From positions 1 through 26,418 of IMG/VR virus record IMGVR_UViG_3300043442_000426: DNA of 26,418 nucleotides. One strand, written 5' to 3'. Positions 25,257 to 26,418 of the stretch are shown in pieces. The notes beneath the pieces were generated by a model that was not told where the DNA came from, ran no database searches, and saw only the letters and a list, made by a program, of their open reading frames with translations. The translations under genes and the position numbers were made by a program. The stretch is from a virus (lineage: Duplodnaviria > Caudoviricetes). Positions within the stretch are counted from its first letter, which is position 1; each line of letters opens with the position of its first letter.

Positions 25257-25579
25257 TGAAAGAGATCCCAACGCATCGCTGCCGCACCGCGCAGCTTGCC
25301 ATCGACATGGATATGTACGCCGAGTTCCCGAGCTACGCCGATGGGCGTAAGCTCGACTACTGGCAGGCTCACCCGGAGCACTGGTATTACAAGTGCCTGG
25401 AGGGCATCGTCTGCACCAACCTCAACACGAGGCCGATGACCATGTGCGAGGACTGCAACCGCCGGCAGTGGGCCTGGCAGAAGGAGTGGGCGCAGGAGCG
25501 GCGCCGGAAGGCGCTCGCCGCCAAGATGGGCGAGAGCGAGGCCGGGATGCAGGGCGGCCGTAATGGAGGCTGGCGATGA
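25256..25579 (+). CDS. Hypothetical protein, 107 aa, Cys-containing
   Basis: TGATG overlap; CEDC motif. Confidence 0.55.
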   Translation: MKEIPTHRCRTAQLAIDMDMYAEFPSYADGRKLDYWQAHPEHWYYKCLEGIVCTNLNTRPMTMCEDCNRRQWAWQKEWAQERRRKALAAKMGESEAGMQGGRNGGWR

Positions 25580-26019
25580 GCCGCGACGAGTTCGACAAGC
25601 TCGAAGTCGGCAGGCGATACCACTACCTGACCTGCGTCAGCGTGAAGCCCATCGTGCTGCGCTGCGACTGCGGCCGGGAGGTGCGTAATAGAAGCCTGAC
25701 GCACCTGAACGGCGGTCTCAAGAGCTGCGGCTGCCGCTACGGCATGACCCGCACCCCGAGGCTGCGTAATGAGGCGGATTTCGAGGAGGCCGCACGCCTG
25801 CATCGCGTGCGCGTAATAGGCTGCATCACGCCCGACGCGAAGGCGCGGCACCGCCGCTACGAGGTGGCCTGCCTCGACTGCGGGAAGGTGCATGAGCTGA
25901 GCCACGAGCGGCTGCGCAGCCCGAGGCCCACCCTCGGCGGCTGTCAGGCCTGCTCGGCGCAGGCTACCCGCCGCGCCATGCGCGCCCGGTTCGAGGCTCG
26001 CGTAATGAGCCCCGCCTAA
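25576..26019 (+). CDS. Double zinc-ribbon putative DNA-binding protein, 147 aa; probable paralogue of 19625-20005
   Basis: GGAGG RBS, ATGA overlap; G.RY..LT, RCDCG, L.GGLKSCGC, Y.V.CLDCG and CQAC motifs. Confidence 0.65.
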   Translation: MSRDEFDKLEVGRRYHYLTCVSVKPIVLRCDCGREVRNRSLTHLNGGLKSCGCRYGMTRTPRLRNEADFEEAARLHRVRVIGCITPDAKARHRRYEVACLDCGKVHELSHERLRSPRPTLGGCQACSAQATRRAMRARFEARVMSPA

Positions 26020-26038
26020 TCGGCGGCCTAATAGGAGG

Positions 26039-26156
26039 ACACGCGCACGCGCGCCCGCCCGCGCGCTGCGCGCGCTCGCGTTATGCGCGGCGCGTGCGCG
26101 CTATGCGCGCGCGCATACGCTCGCGCTCGGCTGCGCATAGGTGCGCACATACGCGC
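26039..26156. repeat. Alternating purine-pyrimidine (CG/CA) low-complexity tract with a 16-bp palindrome
   Basis: Runs such as acacgcgcacgcgcgc and gcgcgtgcgcgc; perfect palindrome TATGCGCGCGCGCATA at 26102-26117; non-coding. Confidence 0.85.
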
Positions 26157-26297
26157 TAGGCGCTTGCGTGACCTTCCGCCCATGGTCGCGGATGCCGATT
26201 CCGGCGCCGTAGCGGTACCTAGAATCGACGATTGGGCGCGGGAGGCTACCGGACTAGCCTAGCGCCATGAAGGCGCGTTTAAACGCCTGCTAGGAGG

Positions 26298-26332
26298 CAA
26301 AGCAAAAGGCCCCGGCATTTCTGCCAGGGCCT
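26298..26332 (-). terminator. Rho-independent terminator for leftward transcription entering from beyond the window
   Basis: Minus strand reads GGCCCTGGCA-GAAA-TGCCGGGGCC-TTTTGCTTT: 10-bp stem (one U.G pair), GNRA loop and U tract. Confidence 0.8.
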
Positions 26333-26418
26333 AGGGTTCAGTGTAGGTAGCGGCGACACACTATCGCCAGCGCGAGAAGCAAAAGCACGGGGGGCTACTC
26401 CGCCGCGGCGCGTTCGCG

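Larger units (their letters stand above)
25201..26032 (+). repeat. Dispersed polar heptamer array SCSTAAT, 8 copies
   Basis: GCCTAAT 25201, CCGTAAT 25558, GCGTAAT 25683, 25764, 25811 and 26000, GCCTAAT 26014 and 26026. Confidence 0.75.

Noticed and set aside
26160-26300. tRNA gene
   Set aside because: No T-loop GTTCRA or D-loop consensus and no cloverleaf spacing; kept only as an unassigned structured element.

Overview
GC-rich (about two-thirds GC by eye) tailed dsDNA phage segment with podovirus-like organisation; no host, rRNA, tRNA, CRISPR, integrase or transposase genes were recognised. (1) + strand late arm, 1-18358: 3' end of the major capsid gene, small head-associated ORFs, head-tail adaptor, a very large (1682 aa) tail nozzle/tubular-B-like protein, three Ala/Gln/Gly-rich internal virion (ejection-like) proteins, a modular GNVGIGT-repeat tail fibre, small membrane/lipoprotein ORFs and a GH73-like endolysin. 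(2) - strand arm, 18355-24825: RecT-like annealing protein, PD-(D/E)XK nuclease, a protein with an SSB-type acidic tail, Holliday-junction resolvase, Zn-ribbon protein, DUF6321-like and TerS-like ORFs, preceded by a near-consensus sigma70 promoter. (3) A short divergent + strand operon (wHTH, hypothetical, second Zn-ribbon protein) leading into a structured non-coding region. The most unusual signals are: a polar array of eight SCSTAAT heptamers written through coding DNA in all reading frames, leading into an alternating purine-pyrimidine tract and a hairpin series (candidate origin or packaging/terminus locus); apparently inserted modules in the adaptor, nozzle, ejection and fibre proteins; an SSB-tailed protein with no evident OB fold; and two nuclease-less Zn-ribbon paralogues. 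All family assignments come from motif recognition by eye, not database searches.
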